Below, piece after piece: positions 9,920-19,645 of a DNA stretch of 64,000 bases (positions are counted from its first letter, which is position 1; every line of letters begins with the position of its first letter). The stretch is from NCBI GenBank assembly GCA_045576475.1, contig JAZNGP010000006.1:1115-65114 (forward strand), in the 5' to 3' direction. The position numbers were made by a program, and so were the translations under genes. The notes beneath the pieces are model-generated. The model was not told where the DNA came from and ran no database searches. It was given only the letters and a program-made list of their open reading frames with translations. The stretch is from Bacillus sp. (in: firmicutes). Lineage in GTDB: Bacteria > Bacillota > Bacilli > Bacillales > DSM-1321.

Positions 9920-11680
9920 TTAATTTCCCCCTTTAGATTTTGAATAATCGCGTTTACGCGGCTTGATCAGAGAGACGTCGACATCTTCATAGAACAGCTC
10001 TGGTGCAGTTGTTGTTCCAGTGAATTTCGCCATCGTTGTTTTCAGGAAGTCCTCATCGTTACGTTCCGGGAAGTCCGGCTTATAATGAGCTCCGCGGCTT
10101 TCATTCCGGTTATACGCACCAAGCGTGATCACACGCGATAATTGCAGCATATTATCCAGCTGTCTTGTGAATGCCGCTCCTTGATTGCTCCATTTCGCTG
10201 TATCGTTGATATTGATGTTTTGATATCTTTCGATCAGTTCCTGGATCTTCTCATCCGTCTTAAGCAAAGCATCATTGTAGCGGACAACCGTTACATTATC
10301 CGTCATCCATTCACCTAATTCTTTGTGAAGGACGTAGGCATTTTCAGTTCCGTCCATCTTCATGATGTTGTTCCATTTGTCTTGCTGTTCCATAACATGA
10401 CCATTGAATACATCAGAAGAAACAGCGTCACTGCTTTTCTCAAGGCCGTTGATATACTTGACCGCATTCGGTCCAGCAACCATACCGCCATATATTGCAG
10501 ACAGTAATGAGTTAGCTCCCAGACGGTTCGCGCCATGCTGTGAGTAATCACATTCACCGGCAGCAAAGAGTCCCGGGATGTTCGTCATTTGATCAAAGTC
10601 CACCCATAATCCGCCCATTGAATAATGGACAGCCGGGAATATCTTCATAGGAAGCTTGCGTGGATCATCACCCGTGAATTTCTCATAGATTTCAATGATT
10701 CCGCCAAGCTTGATATCCAGTTCTTTCGGATCCTTATGTGATAGATCGAGGTAAACCATGTTCTCGCCGTTGACACCGAGCTTTTGGTTGACGCAGACGT
10801 CGAATATCTCACGAGTTGCGATGTCACGAGGCACAAGGTTTCCGTATGCTGGATACTTCTCTTCAAGGAAGTACCATGGCTTGCCGTCTTTGTATGTCCA
10901 GATCCTTCCGCCTTCTCCGCGAGCCGACTCACTCATTAATCGAAGCTTGTCATCTCCTGGAATTGCGGTCGGGTGAATTTGGATAAATTCCCCATTCGCA
11001 TAATATGCTCCTTGCTGATACACAATGGAAGCCGCAGATCCGGTATTGATTACGGAGTTGGTCGACTTTCCGAAAATGATTCCAGGACCGCCTGTAGCAA
11101 GGATGACAGCGTCCCCAGGGAATGATCGTATCTCCATGGAAGAAAGGTTCTGACCGGTGATTCCGCGGCAGATTCCTTCGTCATCGACGATGGCTCCGAG
11201 GAATTCCCAGCCTTCATATTTCGTTACAAGACCGCTTGCTTCATAGCGGCGCACTTGCTCGTCCAATGCATAAAGCAATTGCTGGCCGGTTGTTGCTCCA
11301 GCAAATGCGGTACGGTGATATTGAGTCCCTCCAAAACGGCGGAAATCCAATAACCCTTCAGGTGTACGGTTGAACATAACACCCATTCTGTCCATCATAT
11401 GGATAATGGAAGGAGCTGCGTCACACATCGCCTTGACCGGCGGCTGATTCGCAAGGAAATCTCCTCCATAAACTGTATCATCAAAGTGCTCCCAAGTGGA
11501 GTCGCCTTCACCTTTTGTATTTACGGCACCGTTTATCCCACCCTGTGCACATACCGAGTGAGAACGCTTAACCGGGACCAATGAAAATAAATCGACTTGT
11601 TTGCCTTCTTCAGCTGCTTTGATTGTTGCCATCAATCCGGCTAATCCGCCTCCGACAACAATAATTTTGCCTTTACTCAA
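9920..11680 (-). CDS. sdhA: Succinate dehydrogenase flavoprotein
   Basis: GGGLAG, RSHSVCAQGG (covalent-FAD His) and HGANRLGANSL motifs; TTG start. Confidence 0.98.
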   Translation of the reverse strand: MSKGKIIVVGGGLAGLMATIKAAEEGKQVDLFSLVPVKRSHSVCAQGGINGAVNTKGEGDSTWEHFDDTVYGGDFLANQPPVKAMCDAAPSIIHMMDRMGVMFNRTPEGLLDFRRFGGTQYHRTAFAGATTGQQLLYALDEQVRRYEASGLVTKYEGWEFLGAIVDDEGICRGITGQNLSSMEIRSFPGDAVILATGGPGIIFGKSTNSVINTGSAASIVYQQGAYYANGEFIQIHPTAIPGDDKLRLMSESARGEGGRIWTYKDGKPWYFLEEKYPAYGNLVPRDIATREIFDVCVNQKLGVNGENMVYLDLSHKDPKELDIKLGGIIEIYEKFTGDDPRKLPMKIFPAVHYSMGGLWVDFDQMTNIPGLFAAGECDYSQHGANRLGANSLLSAIYGGMVAGPNAVKYINGLEKSSDAVSSDVFNGHVMEQQDKWNNIMKMDGTENAYVLHKELGEWMTDNVTVVRYNDALLKTDEKIQELIERYQNININDTAKWSNQGAAFTRQLDNMLQLSRVITLGAYNRNESRGAHYKPDFPERNDEDFLKTTMAKFTGTTTAPELFYEDVDVSLIKPRKRDYSKSKGGN

Positions 11681-11756
11681 ACCTGCTCACTCCCTCTATT
11701 TTGCCGTTTTTCCCATTCACACAAAAGTCATGCCCAGCGGCAGCATCGCGTTCTCT

Positions 11757-12368
11757 TTAGACGAACGCCAGCAATGCTGTCACACCCACGTATGTTAAAG
11801 CCACGAAAACAACCATCGTCACGTAAGTGGAAATTCTTTGTGAGCGCGGGGATACTGTGATTCCCCAGCTGATCGCAAAAGACCAAAGTCCGTTCGCGAA
11901 ATGGAAAATAGCAGAAACAACACCAATAATATAGAACCAAAACATAAACGGATTAGACAAAATATTCTCCATCATATTGAAGTTAACGTCTGCTCCCATG
12001 GCTGCCTGTATTCTCGTTTCCCAGACATGCCAGACTACAAAGATAAATGTTACGATACCAGTGGCGCGTTGAAGCATGAACATCCAATTTCGGAAATATC
12101 CATATCTTCCGACATTATTCTTCGCAGTGAATGCAATATATACTCCGTAAATTGCATGATACAGCAAAGGTAATGCAATGATGAAGACCTCCAAAAATAA
12201 ACGGAATGGTAATTGCTCCATGAAATGTGCTGCACTGTTGAATGCTTCAGGCCCTCTAGTAGCAAAGCTATTTACAACTAAATGCTGAACTAAAAACAAC
12301 CCCACCGGGATTACCCCCAGTAATGAGTGCAGCCTGCGGTTAGCATGCTCTCGTTGGTTCCCTGCCAT
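11757..12368 (-). CDS. sdhC: Succinate dehydrogenase cytochrome b558
   Basis: RRLHSLLG, five hydrophobic helices, heme-ligating His residues. Confidence 0.97.
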   Translation of the reverse strand: MAGNQREHANRRLHSLLGVIPVGLFLVQHLVVNSFATRGPEAFNSAAHFMEQLPFRLFLEVFIIALPLLYHAIYGVYIAFTAKNNVGRYGYFRNWMFMLQRATGIVTFIFVVWHVWETRIQAAMGADVNFNMMENILSNPFMFWFYIIGVVSAIFHFANGLWSFAISWGITVSPRSQRISTYVTMVVFVALTYVGVTALLAFV

Positions 12369-12671
12369 TGTGTGCCCCCCTTAAAGTCCTTAATCTTCTG
12401 CCGGTCAATATCACCTTTTCCCCATCTTGCGTATGGCCAGCATTTCTGATTGTTTATAAAAGTCAGAAACAGGAAATATAGTAACCTATTAAAGAATATT
12501 TGAACACCTATGTAAACGTTTTTTTCGCATAACAAAAGGTGATACAGGCAGATAATGAAATCCCCTTATACCCCTTTCTAAATAAAAAACTATTTATCTG
12601 TTTGTCCAAAAGATTCTATGTACGATAAGTTTTTATATTTCAATATTTCTAACAACTATATGACAATTTTC

Positions 12672-12700
12672 ATTTTACTCCCTTAAAGTACCACCGTCAA
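12672..12700 (-). promoter_or_regulatory. SigA promoter of sdhCAB
   Basis: TTGACG-17 nt-TAAAAT, resembling the B. subtilis sdh promoter as recalled. Confidence 0.75.
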
Positions 12701-12950
12701 GGATTCGGACACCGATTGACACCATCTGACAACGAAGTTTTTTTCGGTTAAAGCCGCTCTGCACCAAGGAACTTAGTCTCTTCAAGGGGTATCCGGCAAC
12801 TATTTTTGAAAACACTTTCTTTTACATTCGAGATAATTTTTAGATTCGTATCTGTGAAAATAAGCAAGTGAAGCCGAAAGTTCGTTAAATGGGTACTACT
12901 CCCATCCTATGATATTGTATATAATAGAGTTATAGAAAGAGGGATATAAC

Positions 12951-13421
12951 ATGCATAAAGAGACTTCTGTGAAAGAGCTTCCTAAGGAGCAAGCCGACAT
13001 CGGCACAGTCAGCTTATTCAGCAAGGAAATAGTGAGAGACATACTGCTCCCGGATTTGTTGGGGAAAGATCAGTCTCCAATATTGTACTGGGCCGGGAAA
13101 CGACTGGCCAGGAAATTCCCTTTGGACACGATTGAAGATATACAGGATTTCTTCGTGAATGCCGGATGGGGTGAACTGGTCCTGCATAAAGATTCAAAAA
13201 AAGAAGCGGAATATATATTGCAAGGACAAATCATCAAAAGGCGGTTCGACTTGAACGCTGAATGTGATTTCCAATTGGAAGCGGGCTTCCTTGCACAGCA
13301 AATGGAAATGATCCAAAAGAGGGTTACTGAATCGGTAGCGGAACCGAAACAAAAAACAGGAAAAGTGAAGTTTCTTGTCCGCTGGGATCTGAAAGACGCG
13401 GTCGAGCCGACTGATTTGTAA
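12951..13421 (+). CDS. yslB: YslB family protein (DUF2507)
   Basis: LLPDLLGK..ILYWAGKRLARKFPL..GWG.L and FQLEAGFLA motifs; divergent from sdhC as in Bacillus. Confidence 0.88.
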   Translation: MHKETSVKELPKEQADIGTVSLFSKEIVRDILLPDLLGKDQSPILYWAGKRLARKFPLDTIEDIQDFFVNAGWGELVLHKDSKKEAEYILQGQIIKRRFDLNAECDFQLEAGFLAQQMEMIQKRVTESVAEPKQKTGKVKFLVRWDLKDAVEPTDL

Positions 13422-13456
13422 TAGAAAAAAAGACTTCTGGAATGGAAGTCTTTTTT

Positions 13457-15232
13457 TTATGCTTCTTTCAGTCTTTCGACAATATCGGCTGCAACCTTCT
13501 GCGGCATACCGATTCGTATAAATTCATCGACAGTAGCTTCTTTCATCGCTTTCACCGAGCGAAAATGCTTCATTAGAAGCGTCTTTCTCTTCTCCCCTAT
13601 TCCGGGGATCTCATCCAATATGGACCTGAATGCCGATTTGCCCCGAACCTGTCTATGGAAAGTGATAGCAAAACGATGCACTTCATCCTGTATCCTCTGC
13701 AGTAAATAAAACTCCTGACTTCGTTGATCAAGAGGGACTATTTCAAGAGGATTACCAAACAACAGATTGGAAGTCCTATGTTTCTCATCCTTCACCAGAC
13801 CGGCGATCGGTATCTCAAGGGACAATTCATTCTCCAGAACATCCCTTACCGCTTCCATATGTCCTTTCCCTCCATCGACAATCAACAGATCAGGCAAAGC
13901 AGCCCCTTCCCTCAGAAGTCTGGAGTATCTCCTTCGCACGACTTCCCGCATGCTTTCATAATCATCCGGTCCTTTCACCGTCTTGATTTTGAACTTCCGG
14001 TACTGCTTTTTGTCCGCTTTTCCATCTATGAAAACAACCATTGCAGAAACTGCATTCGTCCCTTGAATATTCGAGTTGTCGAACGCTTCTATTCGATGCG
14101 GTGTATAGATCCCGAGTAAACTGCCCAGATTCTCTACGGCTTTGATCGTCCTTTCTTCGTCCCTATCAATCAGGGCGAATTTCTCAAACAAAGCATTTTG
14201 GGCATTTTTGTTTGCCAGCTTCAACAAGTCTTTCTTTTGTCCGCGCTGCGGCTTAACAATTTTCACTTGCAGAAGCTCTTGGGCCATTTCATCATCAATG
14301 CTGTTCGGCAGCAGGATTTCCTTCGGTTTGAAATGATTGGCCTTGCTGTAGAATTGGCCAAGGAATGTCAAAAATTCTTCTTCCGGCTCTCCGTATACCG
14401 GAAACATGGACGCATCCCTTTCGATCAGCTTTCCTTGTCTGATGAAGAAGACCTGAACACACATCCATCCCTTGTCGAAAGCATAACCAAAAATATCACG
14501 GTCCGTGAAATCGGTAAGGATCATCTTCTGCTTCTCCATCGTTGCTTCTATATGGGCGATTCGATCTCTATATTCTTTTGCCCTTTCAAAGTCCAGCTGT
14601 TCCGATGCCGCAGTCATCTTTTTGAGGAGATCTTGTTTTATATCTTCGAAGCCCCCATTCAGGAACTTGGTTATTTCGGATTTCATTTCATTATATTGCG
14701 TCTCACTTACATCATGGATGCATGGTGCCAGACATTGGCCTATATGGTGATAAAGACAAACCTTATCCGGAAGTGTCGTGCATTTCCGAAGCGGGTAGAG
14801 ACGGTCAAGCAATTTCTTCGTTTCATTGGCGGAATAGGCATTCGGGTATGGACCGAAATATTTCCCTTTTCCTCTCTTCACTTTCCTGGTTATCAAAATC
14901 CGGGGATGCCTTTCATTTGTCAGATGAATGAAAGGGTAACTCTTATCATCCTTGAGCATGATATTATACTTCGGGTCATATTTCTTGATGAGGTTCAATT
15001 CGAGCAGCAAAGCTTCCATTTCACTGGAAGTGATGATATATTCGAAATCCACTATTTCATTAACGAGGCGGAGCGTCTTCCCGTCATGCGAACCTGTGAA
15101 ATAGGACCGCACGCGGTTCTTAAGCACTTTTGCCTTCCCGACATAGATGACGGTCCCTTGTCTGTCTTTCATTAAATAACAACCCGGCTGATCGGGCAAG
15201 ATCGCCAGCTTTCCTTTAATTAGTTCATTCAT
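13457..15232 (-). CDS. uvrC: Excinuclease ABC subunit C
   Basis: GIY-YIG domain (PGCYLM..IYVGKAK), UVR domain, RNase H-like DNSN/DGG domain, C-terminal HhH. Confidence 0.98.
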   Translation of the reverse strand: MNELIKGKLAILPDQPGCYLMKDRQGTVIYVGKAKVLKNRVRSYFTGSHDGKTLRLVNEIVDFEYIITSSEMEALLLELNLIKKYDPKYNIMLKDDKSYPFIHLTNERHPRILITRKVKRGKGKYFGPYPNAYSANETKKLLDRLYPLRKCTTLPDKVCLYHHIGQCLAPCIHDVSETQYNEMKSEITKFLNGGFEDIKQDLLKKMTAASEQLDFERAKEYRDRIAHIEATMEKQKMILTDFTDRDIFGYAFDKGWMCVQVFFIRQGKLIERDASMFPVYGEPEEEFLTFLGQFYSKANHFKPKEILLPNSIDDEMAQELLQVKIVKPQRGQKKDLLKLANKNAQNALFEKFALIDRDEERTIKAVENLGSLLGIYTPHRIEAFDNSNIQGTNAVSAMVVFIDGKADKKQYRKFKIKTVKGPDDYESMREVVRRRYSRLLREGAALPDLLIVDGGKGHMEAVRDVLENELSLEIPIAGLVKDEKHRTSNLLFGNPLEIVPLDQRSQEFYLLQRIQDEVHRFAITFHRQVRGKSAFRSILDEIPGIGEKRKTLLMKHFRSVKAMKEATVDEFIRIGMPQKVAADIVERLKEA

Positions 15233-15253
15233 ATATTCACCCCTATTCCGACA

Positions 15254-15267
15254 GGAACTCTTGTTCT
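15254..15267. promoter_or_regulatory. Probable LexA (DinR/Cheo) box upstream of uvrC
   Basis: GAAC-TCTT-GTTC about 20 nt upstream of the uvrC start; matches the Gram-positive SOS box GAAC-N4-GTTC. Confidence 0.65.
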
Positions 15268-15531
15268 CTCTTTATGTATATAATATACCCTCATATTGAA
15301 AAAAGCCACCCTTCCAATTTTGTCCCGGGCGGCTATTGCAACTTCCTTAAAAATAGGCTGTTTTCAAAAAGTTTGTTTCTTATGAAAAAAAATTCGGGTG
15401 AATTACCTCGTTCATATGTCCTTACTTCCAATCAACGCTGGAGTCTAACTAAGCCAATAGGAAAAAACCGGGGAGTGGACATGTGACTGCCCGCTCCCCG
15501 GATTTCATATTGCCTGTATATTCTCGAATGA

Positions 15532-15846
15532 TTAAGAATGTGATTTGATCAATTCAGCCAATGCTTCTTTAGGCTGGAAGCCGACTACTTTATCGACAGG
15601 CTCTCCATCTTTGAAAAGAATCAAAGTCGGAATGCTCATGACACCGAATTTACCAGCTGTTTCTTGGTTTTCATCGACATCAAGTTTTACGATTTTAACG
15701 GAGTCGCTCATTTCTCCATCCAACTCCTCCAATACAGGAGCAATCATTTTACAAGGTCCGCACCATGGCGCCCAGAAGTCGGCCAATACTAAACCTTGGG
15801 AAGTTTCAGTAGTGAAGTTTTGATCAGTAGCATTTACGATAGCCAT
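15532..15846 (-). CDS. trxA: Thioredoxin
   Basis: WCGPC active site. Confidence 0.98.
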   Translation of the reverse strand: MAIVNATDQNFTTETSQGLVLADFWAPWCGPCKMIAPVLEELDGEMSDSVKIVKLDVDENQETAGKFGVMSIPTLILFKDGEPVDKVVGFQPKEALAELIKSHS

Positions 15847-16043
15847 TATAAAGCCCTCCTAATTATAGCAATTTTCCTTAATGAAATTATATCATTGTTA
15901 GATTATAACACCTAATAATCTGTTTTCGCATCACTCTTTGTAAAATACCCTCTTACACTCCTTTATACTCCTGTTCACTAAAGAATTTTCGGATATACGA
16001 TTCCCCCGCAATCACACAGCTTCTGATTTCTTCACTGAATGAA

Positions 16044-16078
16044 AAAAGGATCTGCCGTTTCTGACGGCAGATCCTTTC
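16044..16078 (-). terminator. Terminator downstream of etfA
   Basis: AAAGGATCTGCCGT-ttctg-ACGGCAGATCCTTT with T run. Confidence 0.85.
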
Positions 16079-16080
16079 CA

Positions 16081-17058
16081 TTATGCGTTTACCTTCAGTT
16101 TCTTCAGTTCTTCCGTAAGCATCGGCACTACTTCGAATAAATCTCCCACAATTCCATAATCCGCTACTTTAAAGATATTCGCTTCCGGATCTTTATTGAT
16201 TGCAACGATTACTTTCGAGTTGGACATACCGGCCAGATGCTGAATCGCACCTGAAATGCCGCATGCTATATAAAGATCAGGAGTGATGACTTTTCCCGTC
16301 TGACCAATCTGAAGGGAATAATCACAATACTCCGCATCGCAAGCACCGCGGGAAGCACCGACTGCTCCTCCAAGAACATCCGCCAATTCCTTAAGCGGTC
16401 CGAAGCCTTCTTCACTCTTGACACCGCGGCCTCCAGCGATAACCACTTTCGCTTCCGACAGATCTACCCCTTCAGTCGCCTTGCGGACAACTTCCTGGAC
16501 GATGGTACGAAGGTCTTTCAGTTCAACCGATAAAGAGCTGACATCTCCTGTACGTGACTCATCTTTCTCAAGAGGAGCTATATTGTTTGGACGGATTGTG
16601 GCGAAAAGAATGCCATCAGTGATGATCTTCTTTTCGAATGCTTTTCCGGAATAGATCGGCCGGGTGAAAACGATATTCCCGCCTGCCTCTTCCAAGGAAA
16701 TAACATCAGAAACCAAGCCGGATCCCAGTTTAGCAGCAATCTTAGGTGCAAGGTCTTTCCCCATTGCTGTGTGTCCGATGATGATGCCTTCCGGACTTTC
16801 CTGTTCGATCACTTGCAGTATTGCTTGCGAGAAACCATCCGGTGTATATTGCTTCAGCTTATCATCTTCCACTAAAACGACGCGATCCGCACCGTATTGA
16901 ATCAGTTCATTTCCGAGGGACTGTATAGACCCGCCCAGCAATACACCGACAACTTCTCCGCCTTCAGCAGCTGTTTTTGCTGCCGCAATCGCTTCATAAC
17001 TCACATTACGAAGGGAATCTTCCCGTACTTCACCCAATACCAGTATTTTTTTGCTCAT
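16081..17058 (-). CDS. etfA: Electron transfer flavoprotein alpha subunit
   Basis: AGGRG, VGASRGACD, QIGQTGK and ISGAIQHLAGM motifs. Confidence 0.97.
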   Translation of the reverse strand: MSKKILVLGEVREDSLRNVSYEAIAAAKTAAEGGEVVGVLLGGSIQSLGNELIQYGADRVVLVEDDKLKQYTPDGFSQAILQVIEQESPEGIIIGHTAMGKDLAPKIAAKLGSGLVSDVISLEEAGGNIVFTRPIYSGKAFEKKIITDGILFATIRPNNIAPLEKDESRTGDVSSLSVELKDLRTIVQEVVRKATEGVDLSEAKVVIAGGRGVKSEEGFGPLKELADVLGGAVGASRGACDAEYCDYSLQIGQTGKVITPDLYIACGISGAIQHLAGMSNSKVIVAINKDPEANIFKVADYGIVGDLFEVVPMLTEELKKLKVNA

Positions 17059-17092
17059 ATATATATACCTCCTATTACATTCAAGTTGGGAA

Positions 17093-17866
17093 TCAAATAA
17101 CTTTCGCTTCTTTATTCAAAAGAGTCACAAGCTCTTTCACTTGAGCAGGGATTTCCCCTTCAAGTACTCTTCCCGCTTCCTTCTTCGCAGGCAGGAAGAT
17201 TTCGATTGTCTTTGTTTTCGCTTCGACATCATCCTCATCGATATCCAGATCATCCAATTCCAGTTCTTCCAATGGTTTCTTCTTCGCTTTCATGATTCCT
17301 GGAAGGGATGGATAGCGAGGCTCGTTCAACCCTTGCTGCGCAGTCACCAATAACGGGAGGCTTGTCTCGATGACTTCAGAGTCACCCTCCACGTCACGGA
17401 CAGCGCTTACATTCGTACCGTCGATCTCGAGCTTAGTGATTGTTGTGATATAAGGGATGTCCAATAATTCGGCAACCCGGGGACCAACTTGTCCAGATCC
17501 GCTGTCGATCGCAACATTTCCTGCAATGATCAAGTCGGCTTCTTTGTCTTTCAGATATTCCGCCAGGATAGATGATGTCGTGAATTGATCTCCATCTTCC
17601 ACATCGTCTTCGATATTGATGAGCACAGCTTTATCAGCACCCATCGCAAGCGCAGTCCTTAGCTGCTTTTCCGCATCTTCCGTACCGATGCTGACCACAG
17701 TCACTTCACCGCCATGTGCATCGCGTGTGACGATAGCTTCTTCCACGGCATACTCATCATACGGATTGATGATGAATTCGGCACCATCTTCATTGATTTT
17801 GCCGTTTGACATGGAAATTTTCTCTTCCGTATCGAAAGTTCTTTTTAATAATACGTAAATATTCAT
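17093..17866 (-). CDS. etfB: Electron transfer flavoprotein beta subunit
   Basis: INPYDEYAVEEA, GNVAIDSGSGQVG and NEPRYPSL motifs; start corrected to ATG 17866 behind GGAGG. Confidence 0.97.
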   Translation of the reverse strand: MNIYVLLKRTFDTEEKISMSNGKINEDGAEFIINPYDEYAVEEAIVTRDAHGGEVTVVSIGTEDAEKQLRTALAMGADKAVLINIEDDVEDGDQFTTSSILAEYLKDKEADLIIAGNVAIDSGSGQVGPRVAELLDIPYITTITKLEIDGTNVSAVRDVEGDSEVIETSLPLLVTAQQGLNEPRYPSLPGIMKAKKKPLEELELDDLDIDEDDVEAKTKTIEIFLPAKKEAGRVLEGEIPAQVKELVTLLNKEAKVI

Positions 17867-17921
17867 GCACTTTGCCTCCATTACTTTATAATTATGAAGA
17901 TTTTGAATTTTTAAATCACAT

Positions 17922-18695
17922 TTATCTGCCCGTGAAGGTCGGTTTTCTTTTTTCAATGAAAGCGCTGATGCCTTCTTTTGCATCCTCTGAAACGAAGATA
18001 TCACCGAAAGCGGCAGCTTCTTCGCTCACTCCGCGGTAATATCCTTCATGTTTGGTGAAAGCAAGCAATTCGATGGCTTTCTTTAAAGCAAGCGGACTTT
18101 TGGACGCCATTTTTTTTGCAAGACCTGCTACCTCATCATGGAGTTGATCTTCCGGGAACGCTTTATTGGCCAAGCCGTAATTCACAGCTTCATTGCCTGA
18201 GATAGGTTCGCTGGTGAACAGCATTTCGGCTGCTTTCCCGGTTCCTACATATCTTGGCAGCCTTTGCGTGCCGGCAAATCCAGGGATCAGACCAAGTTGC
18301 AGCTCCGGCAGCCCTAATTTAGCGGTTTCCGTGACATAACGGATGTGACAGGCCATCGCCAATTCAAGTCCGCCTCCCAATGCGGCACCATGAATGCTTG
18401 CGATGATCGGTTTGGGGAATCGCTCCATTCTTTCAAACAGCTCCTGCCCCTTGGCAGCATGTGCAGCGAATGCAGAACCGGAAGAGATGGTGGTGAATTC
18501 CTTGATATCCGCTCCGGCTGAGAAGAACCTTCCTTTCCCCTCAAGGATAATGACCCGGACATTATTGTCATGTTCAAGTACATCGAGCATCTCACCTAGT
18601 TCATTCAGAACTTCTGAAGAAAGTGCATTCGCAGGCGGCTTATCCAGATGCACCGTTGCGACGAAATCCTCCGTATTGCAAGTAATTATTGCCAT
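17922..18695 (-). CDS. fadB: Enoyl-CoA hydratase
   Basis: FSAGADIKEF, GAALGGGLELAMAC and LPELQLGLIPGFAGTQRL crotonase motifs; synteny. Confidence 0.93.
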   Translation of the reverse strand: MAIITCNTEDFVATVHLDKPPANALSSEVLNELGEMLDVLEHDNNVRVIILEGKGRFFSAGADIKEFTTISSGSAFAAHAAKGQELFERMERFPKPIIASIHGAALGGGLELAMACHIRYVTETAKLGLPELQLGLIPGFAGTQRLPRYVGTGKAAEMLFTSEPISGNEAVNYGLANKAFPEDQLHDEVAGLAKKMASKSPLALKKAIELLAFTKHEGYYRGVSEEAAAFGDIFVSEDAKEGISAFIEKRKPTFTGR

Positions 18696-18736
18696 CCCAA
18701 TCCCCCTTCGTTTCCTGAAAAATAATATACCTCTCC

Positions 18737-18765
18737 ATTATAATGAAACAGGTATATTCTTACAA
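18737..18765 (-). promoter_or_regulatory. SigA promoter upstream of fadB-etfBA
   Basis: TTGTAA-17 nt-TATAAT in a 213-nt fadR-fadB gap. Confidence 0.65.
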
Positions 18766-18908
18766 TTTTTAAATATGCAATTCTTTTGTTATGAATACAT
18801 TCCATGTTTTATATAAGGGCCATGAGCGCTTGCTCAATCACATGGCAAGGATGCCCATGGCCAATACACAAGAAGGAAGTTTTCCCCGGAAAAACTTTGC
18901 CGAAAATT

Positions 18909-19496
18909 TTATTTTCGGTTGGTCAATCCGGAAAGCAAAAGATTATGTACATCTTTCTCCAGAACCATCAAATCGTATTTCTGTTCTTTCATGACCCAGC
19001 TTGTCACGATTTCATCAATGGTTCCAAAAATCATCTGCCTTGCCAGCTTATAATTCAGATCGGGATTGAATTCTCCATTTGCCATACCTTCCTTAAGGAT
19101 GCTGTCAACCAACGCAAGATACCCTTTCAGCACCTTGTTGATTTTGATCCTTAATTCTTTACTGGATTGTCTCAGCTCCAATTGTGTTACAATGGCAAGG
19201 TATGGATCGCCCGCCAGAATTTCAAAATGCTTCCTGACAAGTACAGAAAGCTTCTCTGATGCGGTCGGTACCTGCATGGTGCCTTCTTCGATCCTCTCCA
19301 CAAATTCGCCCATCTTTTCTTCAAAGAGCGAAATGAGGATATCTTCTTTGTTTTTGAAGTACAGGTAGATAGTCCCGTCTGCCACTCCGGCTTTTTTGGC
19401 GATTTTGCTCACCTGCGCCTGATGGTAACCATGCTCGGCGATGACTTCTACTGCTGCATCAATTATTTGTTTATACTTTGGCTTATTTTTTTTCAA
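18909..19496 (-). CDS. fadR: TetR-family fatty-acid degradation repressor
   Basis: KYKQIIDAA..GYHQAQVSKIAKKAGVADGTIYLYFKNK; TTG start at 19496 behind GAAAGGGG. Confidence 0.95.
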   Translation of the reverse strand: MKKNKPKYKQIIDAAVEVIAEHGYHQAQVSKIAKKAGVADGTIYLYFKNKEDILISLFEEKMGEFVERIEEGTMQVPTASEKLSVLVRKHFEILAGDPYLAIVTQLELRQSSKELRIKINKVLKGYLALVDSILKEGMANGEFNPDLNYKLARQMIFGTIDEIVTSWVMKEQKYDLMVLEKDVHNLLLSGLTNRK

Positions 19497-19518
19497 GTTT
19501 CCTTCCCCTTTCAGAGAA

Positions 19519-19573
19519 ATGAATGAATAATCATTCATATTTACATGATAGTATGATGAATTCTCCCTGTCAA
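19519..19573 (-). promoter_or_regulatory. fadR SigA promoter with FadR operator at the start site
   Basis: TTGACA (19568-73)-17 nt-TATCAT (19545-50), then the FadR box at 19519-19538. Confidence 0.85.
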
Positions 19574-19645
19574 GCAGAAAGAGGAAGGAACTCCAGTCCT
19601 TGTCCAGTTGGTTTTGAAAAAATAAGAGCAAATAAAGATGCTCTT

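Noticed and set aside
12708-12737. CRISPR or iteron interpretation of the short direct repeats
   Set aside because: Only three 10-bp units with no spacers, cas or rep genes
14198-15175. 325-aa plus-strand ORF
   Set aside because: Entirely antisense to uvrC, no RBS or recognisable motif; a codon-bias shadow
15355-15377. AGGCTGTTTTC here and its reverse complement at 47901-47911 as solo repeat termini
   Set aside because: An 11-bp match with no repeat body attached; not supportable without a genome-wide model
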